From Thermodesulfobacteriota bacterium (GTDB taxonomy: Bacteria > Desulfobacterota > Desulfobacteria > Desulfobacterales > SURF-7): 64,000 bases of DNA. Under the pieces are notes generated by a model. It was not told the DNA's origin, ran no database searches, and saw nothing but the letters and a program-made list of their open reading frames with translations. This document shows positions 18,472 through 27,678 of the stretch, piece after piece. A program made the translations under genes and the position numbers. Position 1 is the stretch's first letter. Every line of letters starts with the position of its first letter. The DNA is taken from positions 67,221-131,220 of the forward strand of contig JBMORA010000027.1 in the NCBI GenBank assembly GCA_049320885.1, read 5' to 3'.

Positions 18472-20124
18472 TCATTCCATGAGTTGCGTCATGTTCAGCT
18501 TGACGGCCGTCCGGACCAGCTCGGGATCGAATTGCCTGCCGGCGTTCACCTCGAGTTCCCGGAGGGCGTCGGCCATGGACATCTTTTTCCGGTAGGTGCG
18601 CTCCGACGTCATGGCCACCAGGGCATCGACGATGGCAAAAACCCTGGCGCCCACGGGAATCCTGTCGCCGCTCAATCCATTGGGATAACCGGTTCCGTCG
18701 TAGTGCTCATGATGATGCAGCAGCACTTCCCGTTCCTCGGCAAAAAAATTGAACAGCCCGGTCAGATCGGCCAGCATGCCGGGATGCGATTCGATTTCCG
18801 ATCGTTCCGTATCCGTGAGATCCCCCTGTTTGTACAGAATCGAATCGGAGAGCAGGATCTTGAAGCAGTCATGAAACGTAACCGCCCGCTTCAGCGAATC
18901 GATCAGGGATGGGGACAACCCGAGCTTGTCGCCGAAGAGGTTCAGGTATTGGGTTACCCTGCGGTTGTGATTGCGGAAGCGGTCGCCGCCCAGATCCCTC
19001 ACCAGCAGCTCCAGGGATTCCAGGGATGCCTTTTTGGTTTTTTCCAGAATGGCGCTCAGGTTCTCCTTCAGATAGCGCAAATCCTTCTGCCCGGCGGCCT
19101 TTTCACCCTGGCCCGCGACCCCTTCCGATCCTTTTTCCTGGTATATGGTCACCCGGTTGCGACCCTCGGCCTTGGCCTGGTACAACGCCTTGTCCGCCAG
19201 AGCGATCATGTCCCGGGGCCGCTCCGGCCGGTGCATGACAAGGGATGCGATGCCGATGCTGACGGTCACCGTTATCTTGCGATCGCCGTCACGATACACC
19301 CGTTCCTCGCTCCATTTCCGGATGGCCTCCCCCCGCGCCATGGCACCCTGGATGTCCGTATGGGGAAGCAGCAGCAGGAATTCCTCGCCGCCGTACCGAA
19401 AGGCGTAGTCGGTGCGCCTGGTGAAGCGTGCCAGGCAACCGCCGAACTCCCTCAACACATAATCGCCGCAGGCATGGCCGCAATAATCGTTGATCTGCTT
19501 GAAGAAATCCAGGTCCATGAGCAAGCAGGAGAAATCGGTGCGATACCGTTTCGCGCGGGCGAATTCCTGGGAAATGATGTTCTGCAGATGATGGCGGTTG
19601 TAGAGCCCGGTGAGGCTGTCGCGAATCACCAGCTCGCTCAATTTCCTGTTTTGCTTCTCGATGATTTCCTTGGATTTGTTCAACTCCGCCAGTTTCTGGC
19701 GCAATTCGCTGCTGGCGCTTTCCAGATCCTTTTTCTGCCGGTGAAATGACAGAAACATGTTGACCTTGTTCCGCAGAATCGCCGGATTCAGGGGTTTGAA
19801 CACATAATCCACCGCGCTTGAGTCGCAGCCTTGAAAATCGCCCTGGTCATGGTGATGGATGTCGGTGATGTAGATAATCGGCAGGCGGCCGGCGGCCTCG
19901 CTGCCGCCGACCATATCGGCGGTCCGGCAGTCATCCTTCTGGTTGGCCTGGGCATCCATCACCAGCATGGCGAAATCATGGGCCAGGCTCAGCATCATGG
20001 CTTCCTTTGCCGATGTCGCCTTCATGATGATCAGATCCGGGCGCCGCAGCATTTCCTCCAGAGCCGCCAATTGCTCCGGCCGCTCGTCCATCAACAGGAT
20101 TTTGATTGTCTCGTTCGTCTGCAT
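18472..20124 (-). CDS. REC-GGDEF-HD-GYP protein (diguanylate cyclase / phosphodiesterase)
   Basis: N-terminal REC; DSLTGLYNR, DLDFFKQIND, RRTD I-site, RYGGEEF; FHD, HHEHYDGTGYP, ERTYR. Confidence 0.9.
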   Translation of the reverse strand: MQTNETIKILLMDERPEQLAALEEMLRRPDLIIMKATSAKEAMMLSLAHDFAMLVMDAQANQKDDCRTADMVGGSEAAGRLPIIYITDIHHHDQGDFQGCDSSAVDYVFKPLNPAILRNKVNMFLSFHRQKKDLESASSELRQKLAELNKSKEIIEKQNRKLSELVIRDSLTGLYNRHHLQNIISQEFARAKRYRTDFSCLLMDLDFFKQINDYCGHACGDYVLREFGGCLARFTRRTDYAFRYGGEEFLLLLPHTDIQGAMARGEAIRKWSEERVYRDGDRKITVTVSIGIASLVMHRPERPRDMIALADKALYQAKAEGRNRVTIYQEKGSEGVAGQGEKAAGQKDLRYLKENLSAILEKTKKASLESLELLVRDLGGDRFRNHNRRVTQYLNLFGDKLGLSPSLIDSLKRAVTFHDCFKILLSDSILYKQGDLTDTERSEIESHPGMLADLTGLFNFFAEEREVLLHHHEHYDGTGYPNGLSGDRIPVGARVFAIVDALVAMTSERTYRKKMSMADALRELEVNAGRQFDPELVRTAVKLNMTQLME

Positions 20125-20231
20125 AGTTGGGGACCGATGAATTTGTTTCGGCGGAAGTCCTTCTGTTTATCAGCAGTACCGCATGAATGTCGGCTCCTCA
20201 CCCGGAAGCATCCGCGCATTCGGTTGGTATC

Positions 20232-20546
20232 TTACGGGAATTCATCTTCCATGTCAATCGGTTGCAACGGTTTTGGTTGCCCTGGTTGCAGCAGTACCAC
20301 GGTGGCCCCCCAGCCCCCGGAATCCGGCGCCGCATCCTGAAAAGAAACCACCAGCGGATGCTTCCCCAGCAGGTTTCGCACCCGGTCTTTCAGCCGGCCG
20401 GTTCCCTTGCCATGAATCAGCCGGAGACGGGTTATGCCGCTGCCTGCGCACGCTTCCAGATATTCATGGAGCAGATCGGGAATTTCCTTCGGCGCAAAGG
20501 CATGCAGGTCGAGAACGTCTTCAATGGGAATATGAACCGGATCCAT
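20232..20546 (-). CDS. Stand-alone Smr domain protein
   Basis: LDLH, LIHGKGTG, SGGWGATVV motifs. Confidence 0.85.
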   Translation of the reverse strand: MDPVHIPIEDVLDLHAFAPKEIPDLLHEYLEACAGSGITRLRLIHGKGTGRLKDRVRNLLGKHPLVVSFQDAAPDSGGWGATVVLLQPGQPKPLQPIDMEDEFP

Positions 20547-20643
20547 TTGGCTGCTCTTGCAATTCTCCGACGGAATCGGTAAACAGGATGAACATGAAAC
20601 GCGACGGACGTCATCTCCGCCAAATCGGGACACCCAACAGACG

Positions 20644-21279
20644 ATGAACACCTTCTTCTCCCCTGTCATGACCGCCGGCATCCTGACGATCGGCGCCTAT
20701 CTTTTGGGATCGATTCCCTGGGGGCTGATATTCACCAGGCTGTTCACCCGGAAGGATATCCGCCGGGAGGGCAGCGGCAACATCGGCGCCACCAATGTAC
20801 GCCGCACTGCGGGAACCCTTGCGGCCCTGCTGACGCTTGCCGGAGATGTCCTGAAGGGCGCGGTTCCCGTGCACCTGACCGGGCTTCTGGTTTTTCCGGA
20901 ACCATTCCCCCGCGACGCGCTGACGGCCGCTGTTTCCCTGGCCGCTTTTCTCGGCCATCTCTACCCGGTTTTCCTCAAATTCAGGACCGGCGGGAAAGGC
21001 GTGGCCACGGCCGCCGGTTGCTTCGCCGTCCTCTGCCCCCAGGCCCTGCTCGTCGCCCTTACGGTCTTTCTGGTTGCCGCCATTGCCAGCAACCATGTTT
21101 CCGTCGGATCCATCGCCGCCATGCTGATCCTGCCGGCGGCCGTCTGGCATGGAGGCGCCCCGCCCATGACCGTCATGCTCGCCGCGGTGATATCCGTGTG
21201 GGTCATTGACCGGCACCGGGACAACATCCGGCGTCTGCGGCACGGGACGGAATCGCGAATCTGGAACCGCCGCAGATAA
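20644..21279 (+). CDS. plsY: Glycerol-3-phosphate 1-O-acyltransferase
   Basis: YLLGSIP, GSGNIGATNV.R, DVLKG, GH.YP, GGKGVAT, RH.DNI.RL. Confidence 0.95.
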   Translation: MNTFFSPVMTAGILTIGAYLLGSIPWGLIFTRLFTRKDIRREGSGNIGATNVRRTAGTLAALLTLAGDVLKGAVPVHLTGLLVFPEPFPRDALTAAVSLAAFLGHLYPVFLKFRTGGKGVATAAGCFAVLCPQALLVALTVFLVAAIASNHVSVGSIAAMLILPAAVWHGGAPPMTVMLAAVISVWVIDRHRDNIRRLRHGTESRIWNRRR

Positions 21280-21308
21280 TCCGCACCTGCGTTGCGCGGA
21301 CTACGGCT

Positions 21309-23036
21309 TTACGCCGCGGCCCAGATCAGCGTCAGGAGTCCCGCCAGCACGAAAGTCGATTCCACCAGAAACGCCAGCCGGATGCCGCCGGCCAGGGCTC
21401 CGCGCTCATGGGCCAGGATAATGCCGAACATGACGGCGGGAATCATTCCCAGAACAATGCCCAGCGAGGAGATGAAACCGAGCCCGACCGCGGCGCAGAG
21501 AATCACCGCGAGCCCCATGGCCGTGTATTTCAGCAGGGTTCTGGTGCGCTCCTCCCCCAAAAAAAGCGGAATGGTTTCCCGGCCGACGATCCGGTCCCCC
21601 TGCATATCGAGGATATCGAAAAAGGCCGTCCGGATGAACACCATACCTGCGGACCAGACAAGGGCAAAAACGGTGGCCGGATACATGCGGCCGCTGATGG
21701 ACAAGGCCGGCAGCAGGGCGGTGACGATCCCCCAGGCCAGGACAATGAGCACGGTCTTGGAGCCCGGGATGTCCTTGATGGAGCGGAAGGCCCTGGTCGA
21801 ACGCCAGCCCGACCAGATCCGGACATTATACAACCCCCCCAGAACGCTCATGGCCAGCAAGACGAAAAAGGGCAGCGGTCCCATGGTGAAACCGATGGCC
21901 AGCCCGGCCGCGCCGGCAGCGGCGGCCATCAGGGTGAGGGCCACATGATGGTCCTCGTAAAAAGCGGCCCGATCCGGATCGTTATACCGGTCCGATTGAC
22001 GTCCGGTGAGATGGTTGAAGGTGTGCATGGAAAGGATGTACAGGCATGCGATGAGCAGGGGCAGCAACTGCTCGCCCATGTTCTGGAGCTGGGTCGCCGT
22101 ATAGGTCAGGCTTCCGGCCCCCAGGGCGATATAGAGGTTGCTGAACAGCAGCAACCGTTGCAGCGGATACAGCATCCGCCTTCGGCGCCGCTCTTTTTCA
22201 AAGGCCAGGGATTCCACCCGGCGGAAAACCCGGTTGATGATCCAGTTGGGCGTCGACGCACCCGCCGTGATGCCCACGGAGCGAATCGACGCCAGACATT
22301 TGGGATCGATATCCTCCTCGGTCTCGATGTGGTAGGCCGGCTTTCCGGTCTCCCGGGCCACTTCCGCCAGGCGTTGCGTGTTGCCGCTGTTGTATCCCCC
22401 CACCACGATCATCGCATCCACGGTTTGCGACAGCCGGTCGACCTCCGCCTGGCGTTTGTCCGTCGAATCGCAGATGGTGTTGAATATCCGATACTGGGGG
22501 TGACGGCGGGCGGCCCAGTCTTTCACCTGCTCGAAAAACTTCGTGTTCTGGGTGGTCTGGGCCACGATGATGGCCTGCTCGAACACCGGAAGGGCGTTCA
22601 GGGCCTCCAGGCTGTCGACCACATGACCTTTTTCTCCCGCGTAGCCCAGCAGCCCCACCACTTCCGGATGATCCCGATCTCCGATGATAATGACGGCAAA
22701 ACCGCGCACAGCATGCTTGCGGATGATGGTCTGGACTTTAATGACCCGGGGGCAGGTGGCGTCGATAACCGTAAAGCCGGCGCGGGTCAAGGTTTCCTTG
22801 GTTTCCGGCGGAACGCCGTGGGCCCGGATCAGGATGGTGCCGTTGCCTTTTTCCGGAATCCGGTCCACGACGAAAATCCCCTTCTCCTCCAACAGCCTCA
22901 AGACCTGAGGATTGTGGATGAGGGGACCGTAGGAACAGATCGGCTCGCTCGTATTGTTGGAGGCGTCCAGGGACATTTCCACGGCCCGTCGAACGCCCAT
23001 GCAGAATCCAGCGGTTTTGGCGACAACGATTTTCAT
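21309..23036 (-). CDS. ispH: 4-hydroxy-3-methylbut-2-enyl diphosphate reductase fused to a C-terminal UbiA-family prenyltransferase-like membrane domain
   Basis: AGFCMGVRRA, LIHNP, DATCP, HPEV, QTT, NTICDST..RQ, GITAGASTP; then multi-TM domain with DILDMQGD. Confidence 0.9.
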   Translation of the reverse strand: MKIVVAKTAGFCMGVRRAVEMSLDASNNTSEPICSYGPLIHNPQVLRLLEEKGIFVVDRIPEKGNGTILIRAHGVPPETKETLTRAGFTVIDATCPRVIKVQTIIRKHAVRGFAVIIIGDRDHPEVVGLLGYAGEKGHVVDSLEALNALPVFEQAIIVAQTTQNTKFFEQVKDWAARRHPQYRIFNTICDSTDKRQAEVDRLSQTVDAMIVVGGYNSGNTQRLAEVARETGKPAYHIETEEDIDPKCLASIRSVGITAGASTPNWIINRVFRRVESLAFEKERRRRRMLYPLQRLLLFSNLYIALGAGSLTYTATQLQNMGEQLLPLLIACLYILSMHTFNHLTGRQSDRYNDPDRAAFYEDHHVALTLMAAAAGAAGLAIGFTMGPLPFFVLLAMSVLGGLYNVRIWSGWRSTRAFRSIKDIPGSKTVLIVLAWGIVTALLPALSISGRMYPATVFALVWSAGMVFIRTAFFDILDMQGDRIVGRETIPLFLGEERTRTLLKYTAMGLAVILCAAVGLGFISSLGIVLGMIPAVMFGIILAHERGALAGGIRLAFLVESTFVLAGLLTLIWAAA

Positions 23037-23064
23037 TTGGCTCGCATGCCGGGAGCGGGGCGCA

Positions 23065-23256
23065 TCATTCCAGCGGCTGCAGATACACGTTGTGATCCAC
23101 CAGGGCCAGGGAGTGGATCCGGGCCTTGATGAATTTCTGCTCGCCGAAAATACTGACCAGACGCACACCGTCTCCTTCCGGTGAAACGGTGTCCACCGAT
23201 TCCATGATCAGCTGATTCCCCTTTTCATTCATCAGATAGGCATTCGCTTCGCACAT
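23065..23256 (-). CDS. CooT family nickel-binding protein
   Basis: MCEANAYL...MESVD...SIFGEQK...LVDH pattern with Cys2 and a C-terminal His. Confidence 0.8.
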   Translation of the reverse strand: MCEANAYLMNEKGNQLIMESVDTVSPEGDGVRLVSIFGEQKFIKARIHSLALVDHNVYLQPLE

Positions 23257-23304
23257 GTTTCATTTCCCTTGCAAAAGGGTTGCGGTCTTCCCGCAACCGG
23301 TTTT

Positions 23305-23745
23305 TCACGGCGCCGGCATGGTTTTTCCGGATGGCCCGGATAGCCTCAGAAGTTTCTCGATCAGCGCCTCGATGAGATGGGGCAGCGGCATGTCCGGCAC
23401 CCCCGCCACGGTTACATTTTCCTGGGAAAGCGGCAGGATGATTTTCTCGGCGGGACTGCTGGCCACGGCTTCGGCCATCCGGGGCGTAACCTCGCCCATC
23501 ATGGCATGGGCCATGAGGATGCCGATGGGGCAGATGATCACGTCCACCCGGGAACTGGTTCTGACAATGGCGTTCTCCCCCGAAGCCCCCCGATTCGCCC
23601 TGGCCTTCAACATCTGCGCGGTGGCGATGGCATTGGTGCCGAGAGCGATGATCTCGATTTCTTCTCCGGCGGTCTCCCGCAGTTTTTTGATCACGGCGCC
23701 GCCGATCCCGCCGCCCTGACCGTCGATCACGCATATCCGCTTCAT
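23305..23745 (-). CDS. DUF3842 family protein
   Basis: VIDGQGGGIG, ALGTNAIAT, GASGENAI, MMGEVTP motifs. Confidence 0.75.
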   Translation of the reverse strand: MKRICVIDGQGGGIGGAVIKKLRETAGEEIEIIALGTNAIATAQMLKARANRGASGENAIVRTSSRVDVIICPIGILMAHAMMGEVTPRMAEAVASSPAEKIILPLSQENVTVAGVPDMPLPHLIEALIEKLLRLSGPSGKTMPAP

Positions 23746-23826
23746 GGTGCGTATTTCCTTTGCCGCCTGTCCGCCCGTCCGACCCGCCGCCGGGCCATGG
23801 TTCCGGAAGCGGGTGTCACACCGGCG

Positions 23827-24354
23827 TTACAGTTTTTTCAGTTTCACCTGATTCCGGCGTTCCCGCTTCGACCGCCTGCGCTGGGGTCCTTTCTTCCGGG
23901 TGGTCGGTTCCCAGCCGTTTTCCTCTTCCCCTTCCGCAACCGCCCCTTTGACGGCCGAATAGGAGGCCATGGCGAGCCGGTTTTCGAATTCCTCGGACGA
24001 AATCACCGCTGCCTGGCAGGTTTCCGCAAACCGCGTGATTTCCCTGTCCGAACTCACCACCAGCGCCCGTTCCTTTTCCCGGGCGAGCATGCGTTTGATC
24101 ACCTCATCCGCGGATTCTCCCCGGCGGGAAAAGCGGATTCCGATCCCTTTCGCCCGGAGTTGCGGTTCAATAAAATCCGGCGCGCCGGCGGCGTCAAAAA
24201 CCACCGTAATGGCATGCGGCCTGATTTTTTTATAGGCCGAAAGCATGTCGATCAGGGCTTCCCTGCCGAGCTGCATATCCTGTTGATCCAGGGAAGCGAG
24301 GGCCTGGGACTGACGAATCAGGTTGTAGCCGTCTATAATGATGTGGACCGACAT
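23827..24354 (-). CDS. NYN/PIN domain ribonuclease (YacP/Rae1-like)
   Basis: IIDGYNLI, VVFD, ESADEVI, VVSSDREI motifs. Confidence 0.85.
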   Translation of the reverse strand: MSVHIIIDGYNLIRQSQALASLDQQDMQLGREALIDMLSAYKKIRPHAITVVFDAAGAPDFIEPQLRAKGIGIRFSRRGESADEVIKRMLAREKERALVVSSDREITRFAETCQAAVISSEEFENRLAMASYSAVKGAVAEGEEENGWEPTTRKKGPQRRRSKRERRNQVKLKKL

Positions 24355-24382
24355 GGTGGCATCAGGCGCCGATTCGGAGACA

Positions 24383-25288
24383 TCAGTCTTTCTTCAGCAG
24401 CATGAGCAGACGATCGAGATCGTCGTTGCTGTAAAACTCGATTTCGAGTTTGCCCTTTTGCCCCTGTCGTTTGATGAGGATCTTGGTTCCGAAATGGCGC
24501 GACAGTTCCTCGGCAAGGCTTTCGAAATAGATTTCATCCGAACTTTTCGACGGCGCCGGGCGCTTCTCCTTTTCTTTTTTCAACCGTTTGATCAAGGCTT
24601 CGGTTTCGCGCACCGACAGCTCCTTGCCGACCACCACCTGCCATGCCGCCAGTTGTTGGGCCGCGGTTTCAACCCCCAGCAGGGCCCGGGCATGGCCCAT
24701 GCTGATCCGCCCTTCCGACAGGCTCTTCTTGATCGGCTCCGGCAGCTGGACCAGACGCAGGAAATTGGCCACCGCCGACCGGCTTTTTCCCACTTTCCCC
24801 GCCACCTGGTCCTGGGTCAGATGGAACTCGTTCATCAGCCGCCGAAACGCCTCCGCCTCCTCCATGGGATTCAGGTTCTCCCGCTGAATGTTCTCGACGA
24901 TGGACAATTCCAGCAATTCCGTGTCCGGAACATTCCGGACCACCACGGGCACCTGACGCAGCCCGGCCATTCGGGAAGCCCGCAACCGGCGTTCACCGGC
25001 GATCAACTCATAGCCGGTATCGGCCTTGCGGACGATCAGGGGTTGGAGGATCCCCTGGGTCTGAATCGATTGTTTCAGCTCGGCCAGTTCTTCCTCGGAA
25101 AAACGGATCCGGGGTTGAAAGGGGTTGGGGCGGATCAGGTCCACGTCGCATTGGAAAAAATCCTTCGCCGTCTGCTGGTCCATTTCGCCAATATCCGGAA
25201 ACAGGGCGTCAAGCCCTCTGCCCAGAGCCACTTTTTTCTGTCCTTTCGGGTGGATTTCATTTTTACGGATCGTCATCGGCCTCGGCAT
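24383..25288 (-). CDS. parB: Chromosome partitioning protein ParB/Spo0J
   Basis: ALGRGLDAL, PNPFQPR, GILQPL, AGERRLRA, ENIQRENL, GKSRSAVAN. Confidence 0.95.
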   Translation of the reverse strand: MPRPMTIRKNEIHPKGQKKVALGRGLDALFPDIGEMDQQTAKDFFQCDVDLIRPNPFQPRIRFSEEELAELKQSIQTQGILQPLIVRKADTGYELIAGERRLRASRMAGLRQVPVVVRNVPDTELLELSIVENIQRENLNPMEEAEAFRRLMNEFHLTQDQVAGKVGKSRSAVANFLRLVQLPEPIKKSLSEGRISMGHARALLGVETAAQQLAAWQVVVGKELSVRETEALIKRLKKEKEKRPAPSKSSDEIYFESLAEELSRHFGTKILIKRQGQKGKLEIEFYSNDDLDRLLMLLKKD

Positions 25289-25307
25289 CCTGATTACAAT
25301 TCAGCGT

Positions 25308-26084
25308 TCACGGGTGAGTGCGCCGTTGGTTCTTCATCAACTCCCTGGCCAGGCCCATATAGCTGGTCGCCCCCACGGAAGCGGCGTCATGCAGCAGAAT
25401 CGGTTTGCCGAAACTGGGGGCTTCCCCCAACCGGACATTGCGGGGGATTCTGGTTTTAAACACCAGCTCCTTGAAATGTTTTTCCGCATTATCGGCCACC
25501 TGGGACGACAGGTTGGTGCGTTTGTCATACATGGTCAGCAGGATACCGGCGATTTTCAGATCCGGATTGAGCTGCTGTTTTATACGCCTGATGGTCTGCA
25601 TCAACTGCCCCAGCCCCTCCAGGGCGTAAAATTCGCTCTGGAGCGGAATCAATACCGTATCGGCCGCCGTCATGGCGTTCAGGGTCAGCAGACTGAGGGA
25701 GGGCGGGCAGTCCAGCACCACATACTCATACTCGCCGTTCACCCCCCGCAACAGGTTTTTCAGACACCTTTCCCGGGACGGATCGGCCATCATTTCCACT
25801 TCGAAGCCGATCAGTTCCACCCGGGACGGAATCACCCGCAGGTCCGGTATACCGCTTTCTACAATGATATCGTTTAGTTCGGATATACCGAGCATGCCAT
25901 GGTACAGGGTCCGCTCCAGCATGCCCTTGTCGATGCCCACGCCGGTGGTGGCGTTGGCCTGGGGATCGCAATCCACCAGCAGGGTCCGCTTGGACGACAT
26001 GGCCAGGGCGGCCGACAGGTTGATCGCCGTCGTGGTCTTGCCCACACCGCCTTTCTGGTTGGCTATACAGATAATTTGTGTCAT
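25308..26084 (-). CDS. parA: Chromosome partitioning ATPase ParA/Soj
   Basis: NQKGGVGKTTT, DPQANAT, DCPPSL, EFYALEGL, RNVRLGEAPSFG. Confidence 0.95.
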   Translation of the reverse strand: MTQIICIANQKGGVGKTTTAINLSAALAMSSKRTLLVDCDPQANATTGVGIDKGMLERTLYHGMLGISELNDIIVESGIPDLRVIPSRVELIGFEVEMMADPSRERCLKNLLRGVNGEYEYVVLDCPPSLSLLTLNAMTAADTVLIPLQSEFYALEGLGQLMQTIRRIKQQLNPDLKIAGILLTMYDKRTNLSSQVADNAEKHFKELVFKTRIPRNVRLGEAPSFGKPILLHDAASVGATSYMGLARELMKNQRRTHP

Positions 26085-26197
26085 AATCGGTTGCTCTACC
26101 ATAAAATAACCGCTTTGAAAAGAACCTAAGATCCTGGTTCAGCCCGGCCAACCCGGAAGAGCGGTTCTGGACGTTATTGAACAGGAAACGGGCATAT

Positions 26198-27619
26198 ATG
26201 AAATTGTTCCGGATAACACCCCTGTCGGCGATCTTCCTCTTTACCGCCATCATCATGCTCTGCCGGCCGGCCTCCGCCATGACGGTCAAGGAAGAGGAAG
26301 AAATGTCCCATGAATTCATGCGGATGGCTGTCAGCCATTACCAGCTCATCGAAGACCCCATGATCAACGATTACGTCAAACGGGTCGGCAGGAAAATCAT
26401 CGCCGTCATGCCGCCCCAGCCCTTCACCTTTCATTTTTATGTCGTCCAGGAAGATGTGTACAATGCCTTTGCCGGACCTGCCGGCCATATTTTCCTGCAT
26501 AGCGGACTGCTGGAAGCTCTCAGTGGAGAGGATGAACTCGCCGGCATCCTGGCCCATGAAATCTCCCATGTTTCCTGCCGACACTTATCCGACATGATTA
26601 AAAAATCAAAACAAACGACCCTGGCCACCCTGGCCGGAGTCGCCGCGGGCATTTTTCTGGGAGCCGGCGGGGCCGCGGCGGCGGGCTCCGCCGTCACCAT
26701 CGGCTCCATGGCCGCCGGCCAGTCTCTCAGTCTGGCCTACAGTCGGGAAAACGAAATCCAGGCGGATCAGAACGCCCTGCAATATCTGGCCAAAGCCGGG
26801 TACTCCGCTTCCGGTCTGCTGGAAAGCCTGAAAACCATCCGCGCCAAAACCTGGTTTGGAACCGACGAGGTGCCCTCCTACCTCATGACCCATCCGGCGG
26901 TGGATGACCGCATCACCTATATCGGCTCATGGGTCACGGCCCATGAAACAGGGCCGCACCAGCCTTCGGACCAATCCCGGAACGATTTCTCCCGGATGAA
27001 AACCCGACTGCTCGCCCGCTACGGCGACAAGCAGGCGGTTTTGAATAAATTCGCCGAGGACAGCCGGAAGCATCCGGAATCCGCCATGATTCAATATGGC
27101 TATGGGTTGGCGCTGGCCAGAAACGGCCAACACAAGGAGGCCATTGCCCATCTCCGCAACGCGCTGGAGAAAAAGCCGTTTGATCCTTACATCGTCCAAG
27201 AATTGGGCCGGATCTATTTTCTCGAAGGGCAGTACGAAAAAGCCCTCGCCATGCTGGGCACCAACAGTCCGTCCCAGCCCTTCGATCCTGAAAGCCGTGT
27301 TTACCTGGGCCGGACCCAGGCGGCCCTTTCCCTGTATTCCGAGGCCATCGCCACCCTGGAAGAAGTCACGGCCCAGAAGCCGGATTACGTCATGACCTAT
27401 TATTATCTAGGCGAAATACACGGGAAGGAGGGCCGACTCGGCAACGCCCATTATTATCTGGGAATTTACTACCGCAAAAAGGAAGATTATCTCAATGCCG
27501 ATTTCCATCTCAAGACGGCCGTGAAACAATTGACGGATCCGGCCCTGATCCGCGAGGCCGAGAAACTGCTCAACGAGGTCCGGCAGATGGAAGCCATGGG
27601 GATGACGGGCATGTTTTGA
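26198..27619 (+). CDS. M48 family metalloprotease with TPR repeats (BepA/YfgC-like)
   Basis: Signal peptide, NAFA, LAHEISH (HExxH), YSRENEIQAD, THP, C-terminal TPRs. Confidence 0.88.
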   Translation: MKLFRITPLSAIFLFTAIIMLCRPASAMTVKEEEEMSHEFMRMAVSHYQLIEDPMINDYVKRVGRKIIAVMPPQPFTFHFYVVQEDVYNAFAGPAGHIFLHSGLLEALSGEDELAGILAHEISHVSCRHLSDMIKKSKQTTLATLAGVAAGIFLGAGGAAAAGSAVTIGSMAAGQSLSLAYSRENEIQADQNALQYLAKAGYSASGLLESLKTIRAKTWFGTDEVPSYLMTHPAVDDRITYIGSWVTAHETGPHQPSDQSRNDFSRMKTRLLARYGDKQAVLNKFAEDSRKHPESAMIQYGYGLALARNGQHKEAIAHLRNALEKKPFDPYIVQELGRIYFLEGQYEKALAMLGTNSPSQPFDPESRVYLGRTQAALSLYSEAIATLEEVTAQKPDYVMTYYYLGEIHGKEGRLGNAHYYLGIYYRKKEDYLNADFHLKTAVKQLTDPALIREAEKLLNEVRQMEAMGMTGMF

Positions 27620-27678
27620 CGTCCGCGCTGGCGAAGAAGGACCGGCGGCAACTCCGCCGCCGGGAATCCGGGACAGCT

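Noticed and set aside
19440..19520. Possible Hypr (3',3'-cGAMP-forming) GGDEF, known in deltaproteobacteria
   Set aside because: The base-recognition position is the canonical Asp (GHACGD), not Ser/Thr
17506..19749. Long plus-strand ORFs opposite real genes (also 12299-14254, 21408-23129, 38862-40826, 59674-61194)
   Set aside because: Antisense shadow ORFs expected in GC-rich coding DNA; no recognisable motifs
24383..26200. parS site or replication origin near parAB
   Set aside because: No TGTTTCACGTGAAACA-like palindrome or DnaA-box cluster found by eye; dnaA is absent from the window
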